Program-made: the position numbers and the translations under genes
Origin: Phoronis australis
Taxonomy: Eukaryota; Animalia; Phoronida
Direction: 5' to 3'
Assembly (NCBI GenBank): GCA_002633005.1
Contig: NMRA01000813.1
Span: 37,170 to 101,169, forward strand
DNA: 64,000 bases
Notes under the pieces: model-generated
Databases searched by the model: none
The model's input: the letters and a program-made list of their open reading frames with translations, nothing else
Told to the model about the DNA's origin: nothing
Part shown: piece by piece, positions 39,239 to 52,100 of the stretch
How positions within the stretch are numbered: position 1 is the stretch's first letter
How the letters are laid out: every line of letters starts with the position of its first letter

Positions 39239-42200
39239 GCCAAATCCTGTTTGAATTTTCAACATCAGCGGTTACGTCGAGCCCCGGATGAATTCCACTG
39301 AATTAGGTGAGGGAAAACACACACTGTCTGATAAAGCTCTTTGTTCTACAAAGCTGTTACATATGTCACAAATGCAGATATTTACTACAGGTATTTTCTC
39401 AGTACTTTCACTACACAGGCAGCAAAGTCCATTCCCTGCCCAACAATTATATACAGACTTGAAATTCTGTCAATTTTGCATTGGCTGATAATATGGTCAA
39501 TTTATAAATCCAATTTCATCAGAAATGTTTATCAATTTTCATGACCCAGACTCATAAAAATTACTTTAGGGAACGATTTTCCACACAATCATTGCATTTC
39601 ATAATTTTTATCCATATTACTCTTTCATAAAAATTTTTAACCAGCATTTTTGTTCACCAGCACAAGAAAATTTCAAATCGGTACTCCGAGGACCCACCAA
39701 AGGGATTTCTATCATCCTTCTACAAAAGTACATACCCTATCCAATCCCTGACAGAAAGTACAGACAACAAAATGGCCCTCAAAGAAGCTTGAATGCTCTA
39801 CAACCCCCATGCAAATTTGCAACAGATCACAGTGTTGGAAGATAATCACAGGTAGTTTATTATGCCAACCAGGTAGTCAGCAGGTGACAATACATCATTA
39901 CCCCCAATCACATTCTTGACAAATGGCCTCCCAGACCACAAACATTTAGCCTATCTACAGGCCAGCACCTAATCACAGGCTCTGGTTGCTTAAAGATGGC
40001 CATCAGAAGAATTAGCTGACCACTTGAAAGGCCAGTCTCAAAAGGTCAGTGATAGCTTGAGGTGAACCCCTGGACATTAGTATGTTATGTTGAAGACCAG
40101 TGGGGTAATCCATCAGTGGCTGACAAATTACCTGGATGGACAGCTTTGGGGTGAACAGTTTCAAGCCCTGTGGTGCCTGTATCACAAGGAAAGAACTGCA
40201 CTGCAGACCTATGCCTGCCACTATGGCTCGAATATTTTACCACTGTTTAGCTGTTGATGATGAATTCTTTATCAAAATGCTTTCGGGTCTAAAACACTAC
40301 TCCATACATATCATTGTTGCCAAATAAGCTGTCACCTCAAATCACAGGCAATGTACACATCTGCCATTTTTGAAATTGCAGTTTTGGGTTGGTCACCTCC
40401 AATAAACTCTGAAGTGTTTTCTTGAGTCGTTGATGGTGTCAATGTTCATGTTGGTAACAGAATCCAATATTATGAAACTGATTAGTAAAAGGCCCAATTC
40501 GATTCTCCTTTCAGCCAGCTGAACAGGATGAAAACTACTGTATTTATAGAGGTCAACACCCATGTTCAGATTAACATCCATAGTGGACTTTGCAAACGTT
40601 CATTTTCATATGCGCATGATCGGATTAACGTCCACCCCCAAATTTATACGACCAAGATTTCCTTGAAAGCTGTGTCACGCAATTTTTAGCTCTCCAAACA
40701 TTAGAAACCCCTTCCAGAGGCACCTTGTCTGCTATGTTTGACGTGTTTAACCATCTATGCTTAAGTTCATACCCAACCCTGATTTTTGAAATCCAAATTT
40801 AAGAGCCACCAATATGCTAAAAAATCTGGACCCACAGCACACACACACTCACATATGCTCTGAATTTACAGAGGTCAAAGTCCAAAAACGATAGAGGAAT
40901 CCCAGGCAAAATCAAGGTTATTGTTTTTAAATGAATTTACCGGCATGTCAAATTTGACAAAAACATCGAAAAACATTGATGATTTTTAAGCTTACGTGAA
41001 AAGATTTGTTCGCTTATCATTTTAAAAGGAAGCCAGTCCTCGCAAGAAAATGCATGAGGACCCGGCAGTGTTAGTTTCTAGTCTAGAATATAGTCTTCAT
41101 GAGGATCATTAATTTAATCCAGGCCAACTTGCATTTAGCACAAAACAGATTAGATTTTCAAGGAAGTAATGTTATGGTACACTGATCTATCACAGCCCCC
41201 AAAACCAGTACTGCCTACAAGGTTGACCAAACAGCCAGTTGTCCCAAGACACACAGCTCAGCTCTTCTTTGTTTGACTCATTGACCAACACTTTCTATTG
41301 GACAGTGGACAGTAGACAGAGTGAAGCTTGGAACAACTCAAATACAGTGACCATTGTAGTGGAACCAAATCCAGTCGTCTAAAACAAACAATCATGGCAC
41401 AAAGAAGACTCAGAGCTGCAGTTCATTAACTAGATGGACAAGATTTTACAATGGTCATAAATTTTTAGAATTTTGTTGGAATGCAAGAATGCTTTGTAAC
41501 TGAAGGGAAAAATATCATTATGGTCTCTTCAGTGAACAGTAATGAACTACGAAAATGAACAACTTTTTTAATTAAAAAGGTAATTCATGCATCAAGCGTT
41601 CTGGATGTCGGGTATTTTGAACCAAGTTTGATTAAAACTTAATACTTTTACACTGTTCATAATCTATTTCATTTTCAGCCAAGTTAGTCTACGACAAACA
41701 ACAAAGGCCTAGTGAGAATGAATTGAACATGCTCCGAGAAACTTATAATTTTTGCCCTCTACGTAATCAGACCTTTCAGCACCAGCACCATGAAAAGGTT
41801 TAGTGGACAATTAGTTATTTTGCCATGTTTCAACTCAACAGGCCTCTCATTTGGGTTGGTATCCTCCCACACACATTTGATAGTCACTCAAAGGGGGGCT
41901 AAGGGTTCAATTATGAAATTATGCAATTTTCAGTAATGGACTGATGAATAGAATTCTGTAACAAGTCTTTGATAATGTCTGCACAAAAGACCTAGGGTGC
42001 AGGACACTTTTGGAAAGTCATTACTAGCTTTATGGCTCTCTTTATTTGGAACACAAAGGTTGTGAAACTACAGAATGGCCTTGGATCTTAAAACTTATTG
42101 CAGTCACCAGTGCCATCTTTGAAAATCATGGCAGCTTACATTCCCCAATATCAAATTTACTGGCCAAGTTACAGTGACCTAGATGGTTAAACATAGGCGC

Positions 42201-43769
42201 CACTTTAACTTGAAAATGTGGAGTCATTAAGTACTAACCGTCATCAGTTCTAATTACTTTAAGCAGAAAATTGGTTATTGACGATTCTTGCAGGAGGGCC
42301 CGACATTGCATAAAACTTCCCATCAGTATTTGGACTTGGTGCAACAATGCTGCGAAAACGAATTCTGGAAAGACTGAACACTGCTACAGATCTGGTTCAT
42401 AATTTGGGGTGGAACTTTGGTTTGGTTTTTCAACATGGCAACTTCATGTTCCTAATTACAGACGATAAAATCATGAATTTAATGGAATTCATTGACTACT
42501 TCAACTGAAACATTCTTGGCCACATACTTGATTTGTTCCAGTTTGAAGATTGTGATTTTGACTTGAACCAATTAGCACAGCATAGACTTAGTCCCATTAA
42601 ACAAGTGCCTTCGGTCAAAAAACAAGTTTTGGTTTTGATCATTATCCTTTATGAAATTAGTTTCAAATTGTTGCCTTGAATAGTCTTCAAGTCTGAAACA
42701 CAGTACCAAAAAGTAAAGATTTCAAATTTTTACTCCTCTGTGTCATAATGTCCAAGACTAATTAACAAATCGTATTCACTCTGGGAGAGAACAAAAAACA
42801 ACAGTGACTATGCAACCATCAGAAATCTGATAACCATTCATAACCAGAGCCACAAATTAGCCCATATGACTCTCTACTGGTTCTACTAACAGTGGCGGTC
42901 CAGAGCATATGCAATCAAAAATGTCCCACACAGATCTGAATTCAGGCTATTGTATGTTCTGTAATTCAAAACATCACACGAAATAAGTCAGAAACACCCC
43001 ACTGACACAAGCCAGTGCATCAGAGGGCTACTATAAATAACCAGTAGACAGCCAGGCTCACAAACAGCATAACTTTGCCTCATAAGTTTGAGCCACTTCA
43101 CAATAGACCTTAATAAAGCAATGTTGACTTAGGAAAGAACTTTCCTTCATCAAAGGTAAAGTCAAAAGGCTGGCTTACTCAATGAACCAAGTAACATAAC
43201 CAAAATATTTGTCTTGTTCTACTATCTGACTGTGTGCACCCAAAGCTCTCGGCGGCTGTCAACTAATCTGTTGAAATGAATTCAAACACAGTCTCAAGGG
43301 ATCATGTGGTTGAAAATAATTTATGACAACTTTTATAGTTTAAATGAAAATCTGCAAGAAAGTGATTTATAAGATTTGCACTCTTTTGTTGAGTTTAGAT
43401 TCAGGAGAAGCCAGGCAGTAACACAGACATGACTACGAAAGTTTTAGTAACAGACACGAGAAGAAAAATTGTCCAAAAACCAATAGCAAATGACTTGCAT
43501 TCCATTAATTCGGATTAAACAAGACCTCCACCACACTGTATTGTGTTACAGGAGTTTAGAATAGTCACTAGAAGCTTTAGTACATTCAAGTTTAGTTTGG
43601 ACAACTGTAGGGTTTCTTTCATGGTCCGTGTTTACTGAAAGGATGAGAGTGGTATAGGGAACACACACAGCATCCAACCTGGGGTAACTTCAGTACTGAG
43701 ATACCTGAGGGCGTTAATGCAAGGTGTAGTGTAGCCTGGAGTGGAAGGGAATGCAACAATAATCACTGA

Positions 43770-43860
43770 CTAAGGGGTCCTGGATTTTGAGAACCAGTTT
43801 GATGCCTGTTATTTAGTGAAGAAAACTAGCTTTCAAAGTGAGGGTCCCCTAAAAGTGACC
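43770..43860 (+). mobile_element. family B copy
   Basis: ctaaggggtcctggattttgagaaccagtttgatgcctgttatttagtgaagaaaact; colinear with 2511-2602. Confidence 0.8.
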
Positions 43861-44469
43861 GTTGTTGTAAACGCAATATGTGTACCAATATTTAAATTAT
43901 TCAAAAACTATTACATTCACGACAAAAATATAACCCTGTAAACATCTTTGTTGAATGTATTCGATTGCTTTAAGTAACAAAATCCACAACAATCGTGATT
44001 GCAAATCCATGGGTAATTTGTATAAATATGAAATTTGTAAATTACTTTCAATTCCAGCAGCAAATGATTCATTGAATAATTCCATGGTATGAGAAACAAC
44101 AGGAAGCCAATGAGGAAATTCAGATAAACAACCCAGAACAACAATCACGTCGATATCAGCTGACAATCGCTACGTTTACTCGTCAATTTGTACATATGTG
44201 GCGCTCTGCAAATGGCAACGAAATAGTAGGAAATCTTCTTAAGTGATGCATAAGCAAACAATGTCAGCACCACAACTACTCAACAAAACGATACTAAAAG
44301 TTCAAAAGCAATTTAATAATACCCTATAATTAATGTCGGACATCGACCACACAATCGCCTTCGTGGTCTGCAAGTCGCTGGTTGGTCCAGTGCACATTCG
44401 GCCAAATCGATCATCCTAAAAGTTTTTAACTAAGTTTGGGCAAAATCTCAACTCATTTCGTTTGCTTAC

Positions 44470-44700
44470 CTGTAACCTTTACGGCAAGCAAAAGGACGAG
44501 GTGAAAAGATCTACCCCTCAGCAATAAATTTGGGGCACACATGTTTCCGAGCGCACATTAATTCAGTGAGTGACGAGCGATGAACTCACTCCCGCTAAGT
44601 GCATGTCTTTTAAATCTCGCACCTGCTTAGAGCGACATCTTCCGACAGTGAAAGCATCTACTGCCGCTTTTTGGAAAAATTCGGAACTACATCCATCAAC
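44470..44700 (-). other. candidate first (non-coding) exon, 5' end approximate
   Basis: Consensus donor CAG|gtaagc at 44470/44469, close to where CpG depletion begins. Confidence 0.55.
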
Positions 44701-45568
44701 GGGTTTTGCGTGGACTGTACAAAATAGCAAAAAAGCTGCATTTTGCCCTGTTTAGCTAAAGAAAAGTCGAATATCAAACTATTTACTCGGATAAAATCAA
44801 TCTCTTAAATTGCAATACTATGATACGATTGTATTTCCCGCGCCAACGAGAACATCGAAATCATCAGGCTTCATAGTTTATTGAGGTTGGCCAACCCAAA
44901 AATTGCGAATTCGATAACAGTACGCATTTCCTGTGACTTGGAAAATAAACATAATCATATCACGATAAGAAACCTTATGAGACAGATTTCAGGAGAGTGA
45001 AAAGCCTAATAAATAAAACAACTCATCTTTCTACTGAAGGACTACAAGGGTTATTGTGTTTTAAGATTTTTTTCTCAATATTGGCACAATGTGCGGTAAA
45101 ATGCACACATGGCATATAATTTTGTGGCGTCGAAACGACATGCTTCACTGCGACCGGAGAAACGTGCGAAAAATTCAATGCCATGGACACTTCGCCGCCC
45201 GCTGGCACGACCATTTCCCGGTCGCCAAATACAGGTGGGGAACATTCACTGTGATCATGGATAGCCGCCCGCACTTGCAAACCTGGGATAGACCCCGCCT
45301 GTGCCTTGTTGCAAAACCGATTTCATCGCGACACGTTGATAGTTGTCCCCAGAGACGGACCCGGGGCCATCCACAACGCTCGATCGCAGTCGCTGACTCC
45401 TCGATTGCATCGCGAAAGTGACGGAGCACTTGCTGTCCGCTAAGACAAGTACGCGGATCTGGCTGTGGACCATTGCTACATCGCGATGCCGGCGACCTCA
45501 AGGGAAGCTTGTCAAGCACATCTGACGGCTTGCGCCATCGGGCTGTAGGCTTGCCAAAGTTGACTTAC

Positions 45569-45627
45569 GCGGCCACCGCCGACTCTACATTTGCTTCGCC
45601 AACCGAAAAGCGGCATATTTCTCGGGC
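45569..45627 (-). other. 59-nt candidate exon
   Basis: Acceptor gaattttttttag| and donor CGC|gtaagt. Contains an ATG reading MPLFGWRSKCRVGGGR to the donor. Confidence 0.45.
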
Positions 45628-46104
45628 CTAAAAAAAAATTCAAAGCAGCACTTCTGAAACCGATACAAATGATCAGTAAACAACACGTGTCTCGGGACTT
45701 CAAAAAAATGCAAATCCACATTAATTTTCTGAATGCCTGCCCTTTGCTTCTGAAATCGACACAAAAGGCACACTTCTGGGGACTTCGAACATTTGGGACC
45801 CACTTCTGAAACCCAAGCTTTTCGAAGCGGAGTTATATTTACTTGAAAATAAAAGCGTTGTTGCGTTTACCTTATCTTTTTATTCAATTTTTGTTTCAAT
45901 AACACGATCAAATTTTATTTGCAATTAAATGTTCAAGGTGAGATATTAAAAAGGTTGCAGCTGCAGTTTTCCAAAATATCATTTCGTTTCCTTTTATGCA
46001 TAAAAGTATTTTGATAGCCCCTCACGCAAAAGTGAAACACTTTAAAAACAATTCTTAATTAGGCTTTGATAAAAGTGCATAAAATATTGAATTTGACGGT
46101 TTAA

Positions 46105-46165
46105 TATTAATCCGATTAGCCGTTTCTGAGATATGATGTTCCGAAGTCAGCCAAACATTCTCTAG
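46105..46165 (+). mobile_element. family C fragment
   Basis: atccgattagccgtttctgagatatgatgttccgaagt resembles 47990-48030. A matching end, gtcctacgtattcttaa, follows at ~46271. Confidence 0.6.
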
Positions 46166-47037
46166 CGCACCTGACAATGTACTGTCTTGTATATGTTATT
46201 AGACCTTTCGCCTATGGTCATATGTACCTATTTCAATAAAGATAAAAGTAAATTTAGCTATTTTTATGGGGTCCTACGTATTCTTAAAGTAGGTAAACTG
46301 CAAGTATACACTTGTGGCATAAAAATCAGACCACTGTTCTCTGTTGCTTGGAATAATTCTTCAAATACAGTTGCAAAGTATATTCTTACTTTATCGTAAT
46401 ATGTATGATCAGTTGAAATTTATGGTATGATTATTGCAAAACTCAAAAAACGAAAAAGGAAAAGTGTATGTTTAGTTAAAGACTTTTTGATAAAATGTGA
46501 TATTTCTTAAACTAAACAAAAAACCCGACTATTTCAACATATTTTCAACAACTTTTGGGCCTTTTGCCTCAAAAAAGTTGAATCTTTTTAGACGAAAGAA
46601 GAAGAAATATCGTAAAACGAAATTAATATTAACTAATTTAAAGCTCATATTGTTCCATAAAATAAAAAAACGAAAGTAACGTGGGAAAGCGAAAATTTAT
46701 TTCTATTGAATTTAATACAATTCTGCAAACATTGAGGATCTGTATGGTGTTGCTAATTCATGAACTCCCGTTGCCTGTCCATTGTTTACGACAAACGTAA
46801 TTAATTTTGCATACCCCGGTATATTAGTCACACAGTAGTTGGGCTAACACACCGTCTAAAGTACTAAAAGCAATTTCACAGCTTTGGCAAATACCCATAA
46901 ACTCACTATATCATTCTAGACGTTTCCTTTTCGTTAGACTTAAACAAAACCTGCGTTGTGTGTTAGTGCAAGTCAGCCTTTTCAAGTCTTTGTCTTTTAC
47001 GTGTACAAAATCCCGTTTGGTGTTCTGACAAATAGGC

Positions 47038-47645
47038 TTAAATTTTGACTCCACCAAATGTATACCTTTCGTTGTTCGTACACATTAGTATTATTTTTTG
47101 TGATTCGCACCTGCAGTAGGCAAGTTAGTCTGTATCTTGGGTGTTAATTTGTAAAAAAAACTCAGGCATCTACCTTTACTCACCACTGATAACTGTTTCT
47201 TAAATCGTGTACTCTATTCTCAATGAACCTTTCTTGTTTGCTAAATTTTAACAAAAAGACATTGTCGGGTGACCCAATTATTGACAAAATGTTAAAAATC
47301 CAAACATCAAATTCTACAGGTTCAGAAATATGTACTTTTGCTGAGTTCAAATCTATCGTTTTTAGGCATTTGGCTAAAAAGACAGACATATCTGTAAGGG
47401 ACCTACATAACGCGTCCCATTGTCCAGTATCACTAAAAAATTTGTGCCATTTTCTGGCTAGGGTCTTGTCCTGTGGCAAAAAGTGCCACTGCGTAATTGA
47501 AAGTAGTGTTGTCGAATCCACAACAAATACAGAACCTCACCATAGCAAAAAATGTAGGCTTATTGAAATAGAGGGAAAATTTGGAGCAAAGACAACAGAA
47601 CATATCTATCCACGCTCGTACGTTAAACGGGATAGCCAATATCAT
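47038..47645 (-). CDS. candidate 3-exon small protein gene (47645-47541, 47470-47184, 47110-47038; up to 154 aa), function unknown
   Basis: Two short GT-AG introns: 70 nt gtgagg...ctttttgccacag and 73 nt gtgagt...gactaacttgcctactgcag (with a CTAAC branch point). Phases 0 and 2 join into one open frame (…FFAM|DKTLARKWHKFF…RNSYQW|CESQKIIL…VKI*). Confidence 0.4.
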
Positions 47646-47974
47646 TGAGCAAGAGGCTAAATAGATTACCGCAGCAGCACCTTGCAGAATTCCAGTATTG
47701 TTCCCATATTTAAATCATAGATCACAAGTCTTATTTCATACTCGAAAATGGTGCTGAGTCACACTAATCTGCCTTTGACTGGGTCACGTGGCCATGTCGC
47801 CCTGGAAAAAATTGCAAAATCGATCATAACAATAACACGATCAAGTATCGTTTGATACAAATCTCAAAACCGATCTTACAGATCTCTCTAAGTTGTCGTG
47901 TCCTTTTTAATTCATGATGCAACTTCTCATTCTTCACAGCTTTTTGGAGAACAGAGAACCAAACGTAATATATG

Positions 47975-48071
47975 AAGATTTCTTACAAAATCCAATCAGC
48001 CATTTCTGAAATATGACTGTTCCGAAGTAAATCCAAGTATGGACATTTTCTAGTGTCCTACGTAACCTTAA
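47975..48071 (+). mobile_element. family C terminal fragment ending in ...cctacgtaaccTTAA
   Basis: Similar to 26630-26730 (reverse) and 46105-46165. Confidence 0.65.
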
Positions 48072-48179
48072 ATTAGGTGTTTTCGACGTGTCTTTTGTTC
48101 ATTTCGTTGTTCTTAAAACTCTTATAGACAATGATGAATTGAACAAGTGTCAACATCAACCCGTGTTTTGATCAAGTCT

Positions 48180-48300
48180 CGAATATTGGCGCATGCGTCT
48201 AATTTTGGATATAGACTCAGCTTCTCATAAAGATATACGAACCTAATTACGCGCGCTTAGGGTAATGGCGGTCCGATCTATCAGTCCTAGTTGTTTACAT
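48180..48300. promoter_or_regulatory. promoter-like motif cluster, possibly bidirectional
   Basis: ATTGG (reverse CCAAT) next to an NRF1-like GCGCATGCGT at ~48189 and a YY1-like TAATGGCGG at ~48263. CpG-rich, and lies between divergent candidate genes. Confidence 0.4.
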
Positions 48301-49188
48301 TCAATTCTTCTACGTCAACTAAGTTCTTTCCTGCTTCTGTTTCGTGAATTCAAATTTCAGTTACGTGTAGCTGTACCGTGACAGGGCTTCAGTAAAAGCT
48401 TTCTCGTAATTTCATTGACTTTCCATTTACTTTCACAGCACTTTCAACAGTCAGAATTATGTTTCCATATTTACCAAGACCATGGCTCAAAATGCTCTAG
48501 AACAGGAGTTCAAAGTACAAGAATTATGATTTTGGGACAAAAACACTTTACGTTCACTGGAGTCCATCTTTCCCGGGCGACCTCGACTGCAACCTTCAAG
48601 CAATAGCGTTTGGATCGATGAGGCTCCCCGGTGTGGGGGCAGTCACCAGAAACTTTGGTGCGTAAACTATGTTTTCAACAAAATTTCACGTGGAAGGGTC
48701 ACTTTTTTAGTCCTAGGCGCCTTTCACGTTTGGGATACGAGTTTGACAACAAGGGGGCGGCGGTATTTTATTTGATTTCAATTTGTTAGTGTCCAGTTTC
48801 GGTTTAAGTTCATTTTATTAGGGCTATGTTTGAAAGGGTACACTTTGAAAGATAGGGTTTTCGGGTTATCTGATATGCAGTTTTAGCCGATGACTTTTCA
48901 AAATCTTTTTTGAACCTGCGACGCGTACACAACTTTCTACTGACTCCCAGATTAAAAATTCCGACTTACAAGAGACTATATACAAGCGATCAAACTTTCG
49001 AAAATGGGTTTTAATACAAAACAAATGCAACTGGGACCGAGTAAATGAGTTCACAGTACTATTTCTATATTAATATTGTCTGTCTGCTGAGAAAACTCAG
49101 TATCCATGTCTACATGTATGACGTCATCAATACAATGACACTAGTAATAGAATCTTCCAGGTCAAAGGCTTTTTAGTTAAAACAAACA

Positions 49189-52100
49189 ATGAATAAATTG
49201 GAAACCTCAGGAAGCACCACTGGTGCAATAGTTTTTATTCCCATCATCCTAATGGTCCTATTGATGTATCTGGTCATTAACTATTTCAAAATGTGTCTTA
49301 AAGTTAAGAAACCTGAGAAGAATCTCGAAACTGGCGAGAACAGTTTGGAATGCCAGGTGACGCGCGAGGACAGCACAACATACGTGTTTAACTCGGGACC
49401 ACCACTTGAGGAGGCACACGGCAATCATGTTTGGTCACAGTCTATTGCTAGAAACGCTCTCAGCGCAATAGATGACCAGTATATCAACGAACAGTCACAT
49501 TTCAAGGCAACAGAAACGAGCCAGATGCATCCGAGATTCTCGCTAAATCAAAAAGAAACTACTAGTGAAGTAGCCGGCAAACAAAAACATGACGCAGGTG
49601 ATGCTCAAGAATCGGAGCAAGAACAAAATTGGCGGGAAACCCCATTTGAAGGATTTTCTGGCGTTATGTCGGGTTTTACCTCTGAAGCAAGTTCAAAGCA
49701 AGTGTTTGACAAAAATGAGCTTAAGGACCAAATCGCTCATATGATTGACAGCAAAGTTCAAGCGTATGGCCTATCTTTAAAACAGTCGGACCATTCTGAA
49801 GGGAATCGAACAGAAAATAAAGAAACAGAAAATCTTCGAAGGAGTGAAGGAGCACTGACGCGCACAGAAGACGAGAAGTTGAGAAAATTTGGAACTCTGA
49901 AAGACAAGACGAGTGAAGGTTCGGTGAATTCAACAATGTTGCCTGAATTCGTCGCCATGATTGGCATGACGGAAAATGTCACGTCAATTACGTCTTTAAA
50001 CTGCCATGACTTGGGCAAAGGAAACAATTTTGATAGGGAAACATTGCGTTCAGAAACTGATGATTTTGATCAAATTTCTGACAAACTAACTGAAGTCATT
50101 CAAAACAAGTGTGAAGTGGCGTTAAAATTGAAAGATTCCAGTACAGAAACAGTAAAATATCCATATGTCCCACAACAGTTTGATAAGACCCTTAAATCAG
50201 AAGTAGATGCCGTGAATGCAGTTGGCTTACCCGAGAAATCGTCGTTGCCAAGCGACAGTTTAAAGTCGATTGTTGAGCTCCATCTTGAGATGTCCACGGA
50301 TGATACAAATGATAACGCAGACAAAAGCGCGAGACTGGCAAATAGTGATGCATACAAGTTTACGACAAATTTGTCTGAGCCAACTAATCATTTCAGTGAC
50401 ACGGACCTGTCTGAACCAGGCGACCAGTCCCAGAAAATGAGTTCCACAAAATGCTACAGGGAAATAGGAAGAAACTCATTGGCAGTCGACGAATCCACCC
50501 AGACATTGCCAAGAAGTAGTGATGAAGTGCGACCGCAGATACGGAGAAAGAGAAAAATAATTGGACCCAGAAGGTTAAAACAACGACCACCTTTACGTAC
50601 ACGGAATGATAGTCTTCGTAAAACCCAATTTCCTTACTCTGGCGCCGTACAACGTAGCCCTATCTTGGGATATACACCATCCACATTACGTCGACAGAGT
50701 AACAGAGCAAGAAATGCAGTAGATAAACTCAAAGGACAATACACCGTTTACACGAGTGATAAATGTCAAGAGAAAGAAAGTGACCCACCTCAAAAACCCA
50801 AGCGACCAAGGAAATTGAAAATGCCTAATGTTGGTACCAAAACTAAAGGAATAGCAATTAATTCAAGTTCAAAGATTGCACGAATAACGCCCTCATTTCA
50901 AAAAATTCCTATCAGAAAACGCACTCGTGTTCTAAAAACGCAAACTCCAAAGCATAGCTCCAGAAATCCCTTTGCTATACGGCGCACTTCTGACAATGCT
51001 CGGTCTGATTCAATTCAGAAGTACAGAACACAGGTGCCATCTCGTGACGGTGACGCAACAATGCATGACCAGAAAGAACTCCAAAGCAAAAATGCGTTGC
51101 GTGATTCTCTTACAGGTGGTTTGATTTTGCGCCATGTTGCAAGCATAGTGTCTGAGACGTGTGACAAGAGCATGGGTGGCGAGTTGAGGTTGCAATTAAG
51201 AGACATAATAACGACCAAACTTTCTCAAAATTACGAAGAAATACTTAACGCAATGGATGATCTTATTTACGAGTCCTTTGTGGAAGCAATCAACGGTATG
51301 CCTACAAACACTTCTACCTCTTCAAACGCAAAGACTCGAGAAGATGATAATGACGGTGAGTGTTTTGCTATGCAGGGAAAACTCAGTGACGGAAAAGTTT
51401 CCGAAGGATCGAGAGACCACAGCGTAAGCTCCATAGATAAAAATATTAGTGCCCCCACATCTGAAAATAAAGGTCTTGGTGATTTGGAGATTGAGGTGCA
51501 GCACACAGGACCGGTTAATGTTATTAAATACGGCTTCTCCCCGGATGGAACCGACGCACCAAACATTACTTTTGTTGGTCTCGACGGACGACAGCACGGA
51601 ATTATGTCGGAACCGTTTACCAGTGCCGTCCCGGCCCCCACGACAGCAGGGGTTGATGGAAATGACCCACGGAGGGGCACGACACCAGAAATGTCTTCCA
51701 AGTGTGTGTCGCCAGTTTTTGTCGACGTTCTAGTAGACAACACGCGAGATCCGTCTCCGATAGCTATTGTGATTCATCCTAATGACGGCACAAAGGAGAG
51801 TGCCGCAAGATTCGGATATGAATCAGAGCGAGGCAAGGGAAATATTCAATTTACAGGAGAGTATTACCTTGTCAGCCAGCAAAGCAACGCTTCCGAAGAA
51901 TCAACAGGCAGCTGTCGTGGCGCGACTCCAAATGCAGATCAAACAAAAAATAACGCCGAGGACGACTATGTCTACCAAGAGTCTAATAACGCTCGCATTA
52001 TACCATCGGACACTTATACAAAAGTTTACCCTGAAGATTCTCGGACTACTTGTGCTCTTGGGAGTAATGTGACCTCTGACGAGAACAATTCTACGAAGGT

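Larger units (their letters stand above)
1..45627 (-). other. 5' region (mostly large introns) of an unidentified minus-strand transcription unit continuing left of the window
   Basis: Series of minus-strand splice donors and acceptors in consistent orientation. The plus strand looks A/C-rich (sense strand T/G-rich). CpG depletion, consistent with gene-body methylation, ends near a CpG-rich promoter-like zone at ~44.1-45.8 kb. No recognisable protein domain. Confidence 0.6.
44140..45830. promoter_or_regulatory. CpG-rich promoter-like region at the 5' end of the minus-strand gene
   Basis: Abrupt rise in CpG and GC content, strongest at 45090-45630, with minus-strand donors at 44470 and 45569. 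Confidence 0.55.

Noticed and set aside
42804-42815. miR-153-like ttgcatagtcac on the minus strand
   Set aside because: The match stops after 12 nt and no hairpin partner is evident.
265-44166. Numerous 60-150 aa ORFs in the ORF track
   Set aside because: Their lengths are expected by chance, many start at TTG/GTG, and none shows domain motifs. They lie in intron-like sequence.
44565-44590. Hairpin AGTGAGT...ACTCACT in the candidate first exon
   Set aside because: A 7-bp stem is too short to call, and it lacks IRE or SECIS consensus features.
45023-45809. Overlapping ORFs on both strands
   Set aside because: Explained by the high GC content of a promoter-like region; no protein-like features.
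47223-47648. 141-aa plus-strand ORF
   Set aside because: The splice signals support the minus-strand model, so this is probably its antisense shadow; not fully excluded.
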